Below, in pieces: positions 40,264 to 49,720 of a stretch of 64,000 nucleotides of DNA. The DNA comes from Candidatus Cloacimonadales bacterium (GTDB taxonomy: Bacteria; Cloacimonadota; Cloacimonadia; Cloacimonadales; JAFGVF01): contig OY759729.1 in NCBI GenBank assembly GCA_963662585.1, forward strand, positions 960,001 through 1,024,000, in the 5' to 3' direction. The notes beneath the pieces were generated by a model, which saw only the letters and a program-made list of their open reading frames with translations, searched no databases and was not told the DNA's origin. Every line of letters begins with the position of its first letter. Position 1 is the stretch's first letter. The translations under genes and the position numbers were made by a program.

Positions 40264-41150
40264 CGGGTTTCCTCCTTAAACACAGGAATTTCGTTAATAG
40301 AGTTAACTATTACCCCACTCCCGTTTATATTAATAATTTCATTATAAACTTCTATAATTAAATCATCCGGAGTTGATGCTCCGGCACTGATTCCAATTTT
40401 ATTTTTATTAGTGAACCACTCATTTAACAACTCTTCTTTAGTCTCAATATGATGAGTTACAGTAAACTCTTGAGAGATTTTAGCTAACATTTTTGTGTTA
40501 GAGCTCATCTTCCCTCCGATCACAATCATCAAATCACTTTCCTTAGCTAAATGCCGAGTCGAATCTTGTCTTATAGTCGTAGCACTACAAATAGTATTAA
40601 CTATGTGCAACTCAAAAGTTGTGTCAAGTAATTTTTTTACTAATTTTTTAAAAACCTCAAAAGTTTGAGTAGTTTGTGAGATCAAAGCTACCTTTTTTGC
40701 CTTTAAATCAAGGATTTCTTCAGGTCCTTCGACTACTAAATATTTTCCTTTTAAATATGAGGTTAGAGCTAAAACTTCTGGATGTTCTCTATTTCCTAAG
40801 ACTACAACAAAGTAACCTTCTTGGGATAATTTTTCTCCAGTAGATTGTAATTTTTCTACATAAGGGCAGGTAGCATCAATAACTTCAATCCCTCTTTGGG
40901 TTAATAATTCTTTAGTTTCTTGGGCTATGCCATGAGATCTGATAATGGCAGGAGTATCAACAATTTCATCGATATCAGTAATAGAAAAAACGCCAATATC
41001 TTCAAGTCTACCGACTACCTGAGGATTATGAATAATAGGCCCAATAGTAACTAATCTTTCTTTTCTTTTATTGGCTTCATCTTGAGCCATCTTAATAGCT
41101 CTTTTAACTCCAAAGCAAAAACCTGAATTTTTAGCTAATCTAATTTCCAT
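40260..41150 (-). CDS. ispH: 4-hydroxy-3-methylbut-2-enyl diphosphate reductase
   Basis: GFCFGVKRA, IIHN, SHG, DATCP, HPE, QTT, TICSAT, SSNT, AGASTP. Confidence 0.96.
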   Translation of the reverse strand: MEIRLAKNSGFCFGVKRAIKMAQDEANKRKERLVTIGPIIHNPQVVGRLEDIGVFSITDIDEIVDTPAIIRSHGIAQETKELLTQRGIEVIDATCPYVEKLQSTGEKLSQEGYFVVVLGNREHPEVLALTSYLKGKYLVVEGPEEILDLKAKKVALISQTTQTFEVFKKLVKKLLDTTFELHIVNTICSATTIRQDSTRHLAKESDLMIVIGGKMSSNTKMLAKISQEFTVTHHIETKEELLNEWFTNKNKIGISAGASTPDDLIIEVYNEIININGSGVIVNSINEIPVFKEETR

Positions 41151-41751
41151 TTTTTCTTTCTTTTAATCCATTTATTTTATCTAATATATCTTTAGAAAGA
41201 GCTCTATAATTCTCTTTGTTTAACTCCAAATTCTCGTAATAAGTTTTATCCAATGGCTTTCCTATATACATTTTCAACCTTTTAATTCTAAATAAACACT
41301 GAAAGAGATGATTGCTATTTTCTAAATAAATAGGGAGGATTTTAGATTGAGTATTCATAGCTAAAAGTCCAATACCTGGTTTAGCAGTAAATGACTTTCT
41401 GGAGCCCTCAGGAAAAATTACAATTGTCTCTTCTCTATTAAGTATTTCATTGATATTAGTTAAAGCTCTTTTATCTACTACCCCTCTCTTTACTGGAGTT
41501 GCATTGAATTTAGTAATTATCCAAGCTAGGGGTTTGAATTTAAACAACTCTTCTTTGGCTAAAAAATGAATAGCAATAGGCATCACACTACCTAACAGAG
41601 GAGGGTCAAAATTCGACATGTGATTAGAGGCAATAATGCATCTTTCTTTAAATACTTCAGTATAATCACTTTCAGCAACTACTTTTAAGCCAAAGATATA
41701 CTTAAACATCCATTTTGAAGCTTTGGATATTACTCTATAATATGTTTTCAC
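41140..41751 (-). CDS. plsC: 1-acyl-sn-glycerol-3-phosphate acyltransferase
   Basis: NHMSNFD (HX4D), AKEELF, FPEGSR. Confidence 0.9.
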   Translation of the reverse strand: MKTYYRVISKASKWMFKYIFGLKVVAESDYTEVFKERCIIASNHMSNFDPPLLGSVMPIAIHFLAKEELFKFKPLAWIITKFNATPVKRGVVDKRALTNINEILNREETIVIFPEGSRKSFTAKPGIGLLAMNTQSKILPIYLENSNHLFQCLFRIKRLKMYIGKPLDKTYYENLELNKENYRALSKDILDKINGLKERKNGN

Positions 41752-42434
41752 TTTCCAACCTTAATTAGTTCAAGTATTTTTTCTACCTGTTGCTGAATTG
41801 ATAATTTTGTTGAGTCTATAACAATAGCATCATCTGCCTGTTTTAAAGGAGCGATAGCCCTATGTGAATCATTATAATCTCTCTGAGCTAATTCTTCCTT
41901 AACCTCTGCAAAACTTTTCTGAGAACCTTTTGCTTTCTCTTCTAAGTATCTTCTCTGTGCTCTTTCATCAAGATCTGCAACCATAAAGAATTTATATTCA
42001 GCCTGGGGAAAGACAACAGTCCCAATGTCTCTTCCATCCATTACTATTCCTTTTGCTTGACCTAGTTTTCTTTGAAGAGAAGTCATTCCTTGACGCACTA
42101 CACCTATTGCCGAAATGTCAGAAGCTAACTTACCAATCTGTGGTTCTCTTATAGCTTGAGAGACATCTTCCCCGTTAAGTAAAACTATATTGTTAGGAAG
42201 GGAATATTTTATCTCAACTTTGATATTTTTCATCATGTTTGTTAAAGAATCAATATCATCCAGAGAGATATTCTCTCTAAATGCTTGTAAACCACAAGCT
42301 CGATACATAGCCCCAGTATCTAAATAGACATATTCTAAGCTCTTAGCTAACTCTTTAGCTGTAGTGCTTTTACCTGATGATGCTGGACCATCAATTGCAA
42401 TTATAAATTTATCATTTTTTATATTTTTTTCCAT
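41748..42434 (-). CDS. cmk: Cytidylate kinase
   Basis: IAIDGPASSGKST, DTGAMYR, DGRDIGTVVFP; probable start MEKNIKN at 42434. Confidence 0.95.
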   Translation of the reverse strand: MEKNIKNDKFIIAIDGPASSGKSTTAKELAKSLEYVYLDTGAMYRACGLQAFRENISLDDIDSLTNMMKNIKVEIKYSLPNNIVLLNGEDVSQAIREPQIGKLASDISAIGVVRQGMTSLQRKLGQAKGIVMDGRDIGTVVFPQAEYKFFMVADLDERAQRRYLEEKAKGSQKSFAEVKEELAQRDYNDSHRAIAPLKQADDAIVIDSTKLSIQQQVEKILELIKVGK

Positions 42435-42596
42435 ATTAACCGAATTTCTAATAATTTCAAAAATAGTCAAATGTTTTTTTATTAATCTATTAAACCCAAA
42501 TAATCCCGAATGGTGCAGTAGATGATTTTTCTGTTCAATATTAGAGCAACTCTTCCAATACATCTCTTCTTGAGAAACATTTCCATTAAGATGAAG

Positions 42597-42622
42597 AAAA
42601 GCCACGCATTAACGAGGCTTTT
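42597..42622. terminator. Possible bidirectional terminator after LamG gene
   Basis: aaaagcc...ggctttt. Confidence 0.55.
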
Positions 42623-42671
42623 ATAATTTTAACTTTTATCTTTTCATTTTTAATTCTTGCGAAGCAAGACA

Positions 42672-44576
42672 CTATTTCATTAACACCATTTTGTTAGTTT
42701 CTCTATAATTTCCACTTGTCAAACGGCAATAATAAACACCGCTGACAACTTCTTTACCTCTATTATTTAAGCCATTCCAGACAATACTGTAAAGACCTGG
42801 GAGATTATGACTTGCTGATTTATTCCAAACTCTTCTACCAAGAATATCAAATATTTCAATTTTCACATCTCCTGCTTCTTTAAGAGTATAGGAAATTGTT
42901 GTTGAAGGGTTGAAGGGGTTAGGATAGGCACTATAAAGTCTATTTTTAATAGGAATTTCGATAGTAGGTGTATCATTATTTTCATTAATAAGAACAGTTA
43001 TAGGGCCATGAAAATAGTTGCTTCCATCAAGCTCTGAGACTTTAAGCCAATAATAATATATTCCATTATGACTAAAATTCTTATCTACGATTCTATAGGT
43101 TTGAGTTAAAGCTGTATTGGTAGCATCAATCATAGAGCCAACTTGTAAAGCAGAAGCAATGTCATTATCTTCAGCCCTAAAAATGCTAAAACAACTCAAA
43201 TTAGATTCACTATGGGTCATCCAATCCAGACTAACAGTGTTTTCTCCTATATATCTTCCAGTAAAAGAAGCCAAGGTTATAGGGAGAGTAATATCCTCTT
43301 GAGAGATGATAATTGGTACATCACCTTTACTTGCAAAAGGTAGATTAGAGAATACAACATCAGTAGGACCAGTAGCAGGATAAGGGTTTCCCTCATGCCA
43401 AGTTAATCCTCCATTCTCTGGATCATTATAATAGGCTATGACATACCAAGTACCTGCAGGGACAGCTACTTTTAAGTCACTAGTAGTTGAAGCATTAAAA
43501 ACCATAACAATATCATTTTCAGTAGTATTTGCCGGTGAAGGAACTCCTAAAGTCTCAATAGTAGCTTCGTTAGCTGTAATTTGCACATCCTCCTGTCCAC
43601 TATAAGTAAATCCTGTAACAGGATCTTCTAAAGTAAATGTTCCTACAAAAGAGATATTTCTATTGCTATTTAAATTACTTAAGATATTGCTATCTGAGCC
43701 ACTAGCCAAGTTCCATATATAGTTATCCTTTTCGGCTGTGATTGTGCCATTGAAACCACTTAAAATGCTAATTGTTCCAGGATCAATACCATAATCTTTT
43801 GTGTCTGTAGATATGTTCACACCGCTTATATTACCAGTATTTATATTTACTGAATAATAAGGAACATTATCTGACCAGGATGCATTTACTAAAGTAGCAT
43901 TATAGCTGTTATTTGCACTATTTGTTGCTATTGTTCCAGAAGCTGTATTAAAGAGAAATTCAGCTAAAAGATTATCCGAAGTTACTGAGTTGTAGAGATT
44001 ATCTGTTATTTGAGTTTGGGATCGGGCTACATTCCAGATTCTAACTTGATCAATATTACCAACCATATTACGCAAATCCCCTGTTTGACCAACAACCCCA
44101 ATAAAGAGGTTATTTGAAGTGGTAGGGATAGTTGAATTGACATTTTTAGAAGCTTTTTCAACACCATTTACATATAGTTTAACGACTCCACCATCGTAAG
44201 TCGCAGCTACATGTTGCCAAGTATTCAAGGTTAAGGCATCATTTGCAGTGCAATCAATCCAGATATTAGCCCCCCCACTCATATTAAATTCTAATGTTCT
44301 TAAATTTGACCCATAGCGAAAAGACCAACCATAGGTATTTGAGTCAGTCCAATCTACTTTTGCAGCTATAGTATTTTCCCACCTATTAGATTTGAAATTC
44401 TCAGGATAAATCCAGGCCTCAATGGTGAGGTTGTTAGTTAGATCATAGTAACTTGAATTTCCACAATCAACATATTGTCCTTCTTGACTGAATTGCACGG
44501 AATGTTCACTTGCCATAAGGCTTACACTAAAGAAGACCATACAAGTTAAAAAAATAAGAAAAGTTTTTAGAGACAT
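42672..44576 (-). CDS. Secreted LamG-like (concanavalin A fold) protein with C-terminal FlgD/T9SS-like domain
   Basis: Signal peptide from MSLKTF (aaggag RBS); LTIEAWI, WQHVAATYDG, LYVNG, IDQVRIWNVARS; TLPITLASF; YPNPFNP...KMVLMK. Confidence 0.85.
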   Translation of the reverse strand: MSLKTFLIFLTCMVFFSVSLMASEHSVQFSQEGQYVDCGNSSYYDLTNNLTIEAWIYPENFKSNRWENTIAAKVDWTDSNTYGWSFRYGSNLRTLEFNMSGGANIWIDCTANDALTLNTWQHVAATYDGGVVKLYVNGVEKASKNVNSTIPTTSNNLFIGVVGQTGDLRNMVGNIDQVRIWNVARSQTQITDNLYNSVTSDNLLAEFLFNTASGTIATNSANNSYNATLVNASWSDNVPYYSVNINTGNISGVNISTDTKDYGIDPGTISILSGFNGTITAEKDNYIWNLASGSDSNILSNLNSNRNISFVGTFTLEDPVTGFTYSGQEDVQITANEATIETLGVPSPANTTENDIVMVFNASTTSDLKVAVPAGTWYVIAYYNDPENGGLTWHEGNPYPATGPTDVVFSNLPFASKGDVPIIISQEDITLPITLASFTGRYIGENTVSLDWMTHSESNLSCFSIFRAEDNDIASALQVGSMIDATNTALTQTYRIVDKNFSHNGIYYYWLKVSELDGSNYFHGPITVLINENNDTPTIEIPIKNRLYSAYPNPFNPSTTISYTLKEAGDVKIEIFDILGRRVWNKSASHNLPGLYSIVWNGLNNRGKEVVSGVYYCRLTSGNYRETNKMVLMK

Positions 44577-44699
44577 AATAAAATACTCCTTTTTTATAAT
44601 ATAAATATTTTTTGTTTTATAACTTTCGAACCTACTTGCTCTCATTATGATTCTGTATTTCTAAAAAAACTTAAAACACAATCATACTAATTTATAAAG

Positions 44700-44716
44700 T
44701 GCAAAATAGAAGCCAA
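44700..44716 (-). promoter_or_regulatory. Sigma54 (-24/-12) promoter
   Basis: Minus strand TTGGCttctattTTGCA, exact GG-N10-GC spacing. Confidence 0.7.
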
Positions 44717-44794
44717 TAATAAGTTATTTACTCGAAGTATTTAAAGGATTTGTTCTCAAATAGATAAGCTGTATAAGGAAATTTGGGATTTATA

Positions 44795-44851
44795 GGAGTT
44801 TTCAGAAATCAAATGAAAATGAAAACTCCAAGATGAAAACTTAAATGAAAA
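44795..44851. promoter_or_regulatory. Candidate enhancer (UAS) for the sigma54 activator
   Basis: Perfect IR ggagttttca (44795-44804)/tgaaaactcc (44820-44829) and four ATGAAAA copies, about 80-135 bp upstream of the -24 box. Confidence 0.5.
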
Positions 44852-44887
44852 TTGTTGGGGTTAAACCCTCATTTTTCTTATTTGCTA

Positions 44888-47131
44888 TTATTTCTTAGTT
44901 GATTTCCTTGCTTGATGAATACTAGTATAACCTTCTAAACCATATTTATCAATCCGTCTTGTCATTGTGCTATTGCTCATATCCAAAAATCTCGCAGCAT
45001 CTCTACGAATGCCTTTAAATCGAATTAAGGCTTTAATAATCTTCTCTTTTTCACTTGACTCTTCCTGCTTTTCAGCTTTTTTACTTCTTTTCTCTAAGTT
45101 ACATACTTTATCCAGAAGCCTTGCATCCCAAGAACTATTTTCCCCTAAGATAAATAACTTTTCAATAATATTTTTTAATTCTCTAATATTGCCAGGGAAA
45201 CTATATTCTTGTAAGCGTTGAATAAATGTTGAATCTATCATGGGAGTTATCCACTTGTTATCGTTGCAGAAGATATTTACAAAGTGTTCAACTAAAATTG
45301 GAATATCTTCCTTCCTGTCTCTAAGAGGAGGGAGAACAATTTCAATAGTATTGATGCGGTACAAGAGATCTAATCTAAATAAATCATTAGCAACCATATC
45401 ATTTATGGATCTATTAGTAGAAGATATTATCCGGGTATCAAAATTTACTTCACTGTTACTTCCCACAGGGATTACTTTTTTGCTTTCGAGGACTCTTAAG
45501 AGCTTTGCCTGAAACTCAACTGGTATTTCAGTTATTTCATCAATAAATAAAGTCCCTTTATGTGCTTTTAAAAAGATTCCCTTTTCGTTTGTTATTGCTC
45601 CTGTATAGGAACCCTTCTTGTGTCCGAACAGCTCACTTTCCATCAAACTTGATGAAATAGCAGCTGCATTAATAGGGACAAAAGGATAATCTTTTCTCAG
45701 GCTATGTTTATGGATTAGGTTAGCCACAACTTCCTTTCCAGTACCAGATTCACCACGAATCAAGACATTAACATTGGCTTGCTTAGCAACTAACATAGCA
45801 TCATGTAGTACTTTACGAGCACCATCACTAATCCCAACAAAATCTTTATATAGTGAGGTAGTAGTTTGTGCTTGTAGTTTATTACCACTGTTAAAATCAA
45901 AATTCTGAACTTCACTTCTGTTATATTCATCTTTAAGCTGAGTAATTTCTTTGCGTAATTCGCTATGTATTTTTTGCATCAAGTTGAAGCTCTTAGGATA
46001 GTCTTTTTTACTTAGATAGAGCTTAGCCAGAATTTCTTTAGCAACAAGAATATGATCTTGAAGCTTATATTTCTTACTGCTTTTTAGACTCCGAAGCAAT
46101 AAAGCTTCTGCCTTATCGAACTGCTTTACATTAATCAGCATCTTAGCTAAGTTAAGATAGATTTCTTGCTCAGCTATCTTATCACCTATATCTATTGCGC
46201 AGGTAGTAGCTTTATCAAGGAAGGTTATTGCCTGGTCAAAATCCCCATTTAAAGCATGAGCTATGGCATAATTATTATATAAATCCAGATAAAATTCAGG
46301 TGGATCAAATTTTTTTTCCAAAGATAGGGCATAACAATCATCTAAGTAACTTAGGGCTTTTTGAGGGAATTTGCTTTTTAGCTTTAGAACAGCTAAACTG
46401 AATATTACTTGAATTTGCTGTATCCCCAATCCTAAAGCTATACTTAGTTCGCGTGCCTCTATAAGGAACTTTTCAACTTCATCATAGCGTTTCAACTCCA
46501 GCAAGGCATTTGCTAAAGAGGTCTTAATAATTAAACTAAAATGATGATTATTTTCTCTTTCACTAATTTCCATTCCCTTGAAGAGGTAATTCAGGGCATT
46601 TTTATACTTCTTAGCTGCCAGACTTGTATTAGCCAAACTTAGTAATGATTGAAGCTTTATGTCAGATTCTTCATCTTTTCCTAGCATAGATTGAACTTGT
46701 AGATGGAAATTTTCTGCTAAATCGAATTTGTTCTGCATGAAATAGTAATCACCAAGATAAGCAAAACAAGCTACCAAAAGCAAAGATTCTTGTGCTTCTC
46801 TTGCCCACTCTTCAGCTGTCTTCAAAAACATCAATGCTTTATGCAAATCTTTACGATAACAGAGACTTAACAAGAGATTACCATGGACTAAGAAAAAGAA
46901 GTTCTTATCCTCTATAGCTAGATTCAGAATCTCTGTGAGTATTGGCTCTGCAAAATCATATCGACCTATCTTGCTGTAGGCATAAGCATCAACAAATAAA
47001 AAGTGAATCTTCTTTAGTCCTGCATACTCCTTTCTGTAATCTTGAGATCTTTGCAAATATTCAACTGGATTATTATGGCAAACATTTCTTAGACTCCTGA
47101 AGCTTTCTTCTACTATCTTGGTCTTATTCAT
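44888..47131 (-). CDS. TPR-containing sigma54-dependent transcriptional activator
   Basis: N-terminal TPR-like helices; GESGTGKE, ESELFGH, GSYTGA, FIDEI, FRLDLLYRI, PGNIREL; Fis-type HTH. Confidence 0.92.
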   Translation of the reverse strand: MNKTKIVEESFRSLRNVCHNNPVEYLQRSQDYRKEYAGLKKIHFLFVDAYAYSKIGRYDFAEPILTEILNLAIEDKNFFFLVHGNLLLSLCYRKDLHKALMFLKTAEEWAREAQESLLLVACFAYLGDYYFMQNKFDLAENFHLQVQSMLGKDEESDIKLQSLLSLANTSLAAKKYKNALNYLFKGMEISERENNHHFSLIIKTSLANALLELKRYDEVEKFLIEARELSIALGLGIQQIQVIFSLAVLKLKSKFPQKALSYLDDCYALSLEKKFDPPEFYLDLYNNYAIAHALNGDFDQAITFLDKATTCAIDIGDKIAEQEIYLNLAKMLINVKQFDKAEALLLRSLKSSKKYKLQDHILVAKEILAKLYLSKKDYPKSFNLMQKIHSELRKEITQLKDEYNRSEVQNFDFNSGNKLQAQTTTSLYKDFVGISDGARKVLHDAMLVAKQANVNVLIRGESGTGKEVVANLIHKHSLRKDYPFVPINAAAISSSLMESELFGHKKGSYTGAITNEKGIFLKAHKGTLFIDEITEIPVEFQAKLLRVLESKKVIPVGSNSEVNFDTRIISSTNRSINDMVANDLFRLDLLYRINTIEIVLPPLRDRKEDIPILVEHFVNIFCNDNKWITPMIDSTFIQRLQEYSFPGNIRELKNIIEKLFILGENSSWDARLLDKVCNLEKRSKKAEKQEESSEKEKIIKALIRFKGIRRDAARFLDMSNSTMTRRIDKYGLEGYTSIHQARKSTKK

Positions 47132-47732
47132 TCTTCTTTTTCCTCTACATGTTTCTTAATTCCTTAAAAAACTAAATAGGAGAGTTTGTGTCAATCACTT
47201 TTTACACTTTCAGGATTGTTCTTTCACTTCAATCCTCCTTTCATCTAAATTGATCATTTCCTTTTAGAATTATATAAGACTGAAGTTCAACTGATAGAGT
47301 GAGATTAAATTCTCCTGCTACTAATGATAACCTAAAAACATTAGTAGAGCCCTATATATATGACAGTGAGGAGTTTGGATAAGTATATCAACTGATCTTC
47401 CCCCCTTTCTTAACTTGACTCTTGATGCTCCTTCTCACTCAATTCAAATATTTTTTGAGTTTTATTCAAGATGTCAGTAAAAGAGCAAGGGATGAGCAGA
47501 GGAAGATTAAGAGAAGTGGACTTGATAATGTAGAAAAATCATAAGAATCAATATATGCAAATTATTTCAATACTTTACAGTCTTGATGGCTGATTTAAAA
47601 TAATTTAGAATTATTCATTTAATCTCTTATATCATAGTATTTTAAGAATTTTATCGTAAAAGAAACAAATTGCTTGCCAAAATATGAGAAAAATATATTT
47701 TGAAAAAAAATACAAAAGATAGATAGGGATAA

Positions 47733-49181
47733 ATGTTTAAAGAAAAATTGAACAAAGATTTTATTGTCAAATTTACTAACTTCGTTATAGATAATAAGCT
47801 GATTGAAAAACGCAGTAAGATATTGGTTGGATTTTCGGGAGGACCGGACTCCACAGCCCTTCTATTAGCTCTATTAATGATTAAAGACAGTCTAGATTTA
47901 TCCCTATTAGTAGCTCATGTTAACTATAATTTAAGGGGTGAAGATTCCCAAGCTGATGAAGATTTTGTCAGGGAATTTTGTTTTTCCCATAATCTTTATT
48001 TAGTAATAAACCGGGTTAATCTTGAATCAGATGCTAATATAGAGGCTACAGCCAGAGATATTAGAATGAACTACTTCTATTCCTTATTGAAAGATTACAA
48101 GTTGGATTCTATAGCTTTAGGACATAACCAGAGTGACAATGCTGAGACAGTAATGATGAATCTAGTTCGCGGAGCTGGGATAACGGGATTAAGAGGTATC
48201 TTACCTAAATCTAATAAGATTATCCACCCACTATTAAGTTTTACTAGAGACGAGATCTGTGCCTTTGTTAGCGAAGAAAATATAGTTTGGCGAGAAGATA
48301 AGAGTAATAAAAATACAGATTTTACCAGGAACAAGATTAGAAATCAACTTTTCCCCTGGATAGCAGAGAATTTAAATCCTACTATCATTGACAAATTAGT
48401 ATCTCTATCATCTTTAATGGTTGAGACAGATGATTTTTTAGAAGATCATATTGAAAGAACACTAAAACGCTTTATTATAAGACAAAGTGATGATAAAATA
48501 ATTCTTTCCTTGAAGACTCTCCTTCATACTAAAAAACTTCTTCGTTATTATATCTTTAAAAATTGTTTATCCCAGTTGACTGCTACAGACAATGATATCT
48601 ATCAAAATAATATTATGGAGATTGAGAATATCTTAACTTCTGATGGTTCAAAAATGCTTAATTTTCCCAATAAACTATTTATCTTAAAAGAGTATGATCA
48701 TTTGATTTTCACAACCAAAAATCCTGTTCTGAATAAGAATAAACTTCCTGATGCCAAAATTCTAGAAGCAATTAGACCTCGCTTAAGTTTTGGGGAATTC
48801 AGAATTAAGATGAAAAAGATTAAAAAACTACCTTCTGAAAAAGCACTATCAAATAATAAAAACTTAGTCTTTCTTGATTATGATGAGATAGATTTTCCGA
48901 TAACTATCAGAAATAGAGATAATGGAGATAAATTTATCCCCCTAGGTTTATCGGGATTTAAGAAGTTAAAAGATTTTTTTATTGACGAAAAAGTGTCAAA
49001 ATTCGATAGAGATAAGATACCTCTTTTCACTGATGCGAATAAAATTATTTGGATCGGGGGAATGAGGATAGATAATAGAGTTGCTATTACTCAGAAAACT
49101 ACTAATATTTTAAAAATAGAAATAGAAAAAGTAAGTAATAAAAAAATGCGTTCAGCAGAACGAAAAGCAAAGGATAAATAA
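47733..49181 (+). CDS. tilS: tRNA(Ile)-lysidine synthetase
   Basis: SGGPDS, AHVNYNLRG, GHNQSDNAET, RNKIR, KKLKDFFIDEK. Confidence 0.95.
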   Translation: MFKEKLNKDFIVKFTNFVIDNKLIEKRSKILVGFSGGPDSTALLLALLMIKDSLDLSLLVAHVNYNLRGEDSQADEDFVREFCFSHNLYLVINRVNLESDANIEATARDIRMNYFYSLLKDYKLDSIALGHNQSDNAETVMMNLVRGAGITGLRGILPKSNKIIHPLLSFTRDEICAFVSEENIVWREDKSNKNTDFTRNKIRNQLFPWIAENLNPTIIDKLVSLSSLMVETDDFLEDHIERTLKRFIIRQSDDKIILSLKTLLHTKKLLRYYIFKNCLSQLTATDNDIYQNNIMEIENILTSDGSKMLNFPNKLFILKEYDHLIFTTKNPVLNKNKLPDAKILEAIRPRLSFGEFRIKMKKIKKLPSEKALSNNKNLVFLDYDEIDFPITIRNRDNGDKFIPLGLSGFKKLKDFFIDEKVSKFDRDKIPLFTDANKIIWIGGMRIDNRVAITQKTTNILKIEIEKVSNKKMRSAERKAKDK

Positions 49182-49183
49182 TT

Positions 49184-49720
49184 ATGATACAAGATATATC
49201 TGCAATAATGTTTGATGAAAGACAGATTCATGCCAGAATTAAAGAACTAGGTGAACAAATATCTAAAGATTACTGTGGGAAATACCCTGTGCTAATCTGC
49301 ATACTTAAAGGTGCTTCAACTTTTATGGCAGACCTGATAAGAGCCATTACCATTCCAGTAGAAATAGATTTTATGGCAATCTCTAGTTACGGTGATAGTA
49401 GAAAGTCTTCAGGTGTTGTCCAGATCAAGAAAGATGTTGATGTTAACTTGCAAGATAGGGATGTAATAATCGTAGAAGATATTGTTGATACAGGGCTTTC
49501 CTTACAGTATATTAAAGATTATATAGGTAAACATCAACCTAGCAGTGTTGCCACATGTGTATTATTAGATAAACCAAGTGGCCATAAAATTGAAGTTCCT
49601 GTGGAATATATAGGTTTCACAGTAGCGAATGAATTTGTTGTTGGTTATGGTTTAGATTATGCCCAAAAGTATCGTAATCTCCCCTTTATCGGCATTCTTA
49701 AGGAGGAAGTATATTCATGA
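49184..49720 (+). CDS. hpt: Hypoxanthine phosphoribosyltransferase
   Basis: ILKG, SSYG, IVEDIVDTG, FVVGYGLD, YRNLP. Confidence 0.96.
   Translation: MIQDISAIMFDERQIHARIKELGEQISKDYCGKYPVLICILKGASTFMADLIRAITIPVEIDFMAISSYGDSRKSSGVVQIKKDVDVNLQDRDVIIVEDIVDTGLSLQYIKDYIGKHQPSSVATCVLLDKPSGHKIEVPVEYIGFTVANEFVVGYGLDYAQKYRNLPFIGILKEEVYS

Noticed and set aside
42435..42605. 57-aa N-terminal extension of Cmk
   Set aside because: Starts in a terminator-like hairpin, has no recognisable motif; Cmk homology begins after ATG 42434.
44577..44645. Longer start for the LamG protein
   Set aside because: RBS and signal peptide fit ATG 44576.
47651..47854. 67-aa minus-strand ORF overlapping tilS start
   Set aside because: Antisense to tilS, low complexity, no RBS evident.
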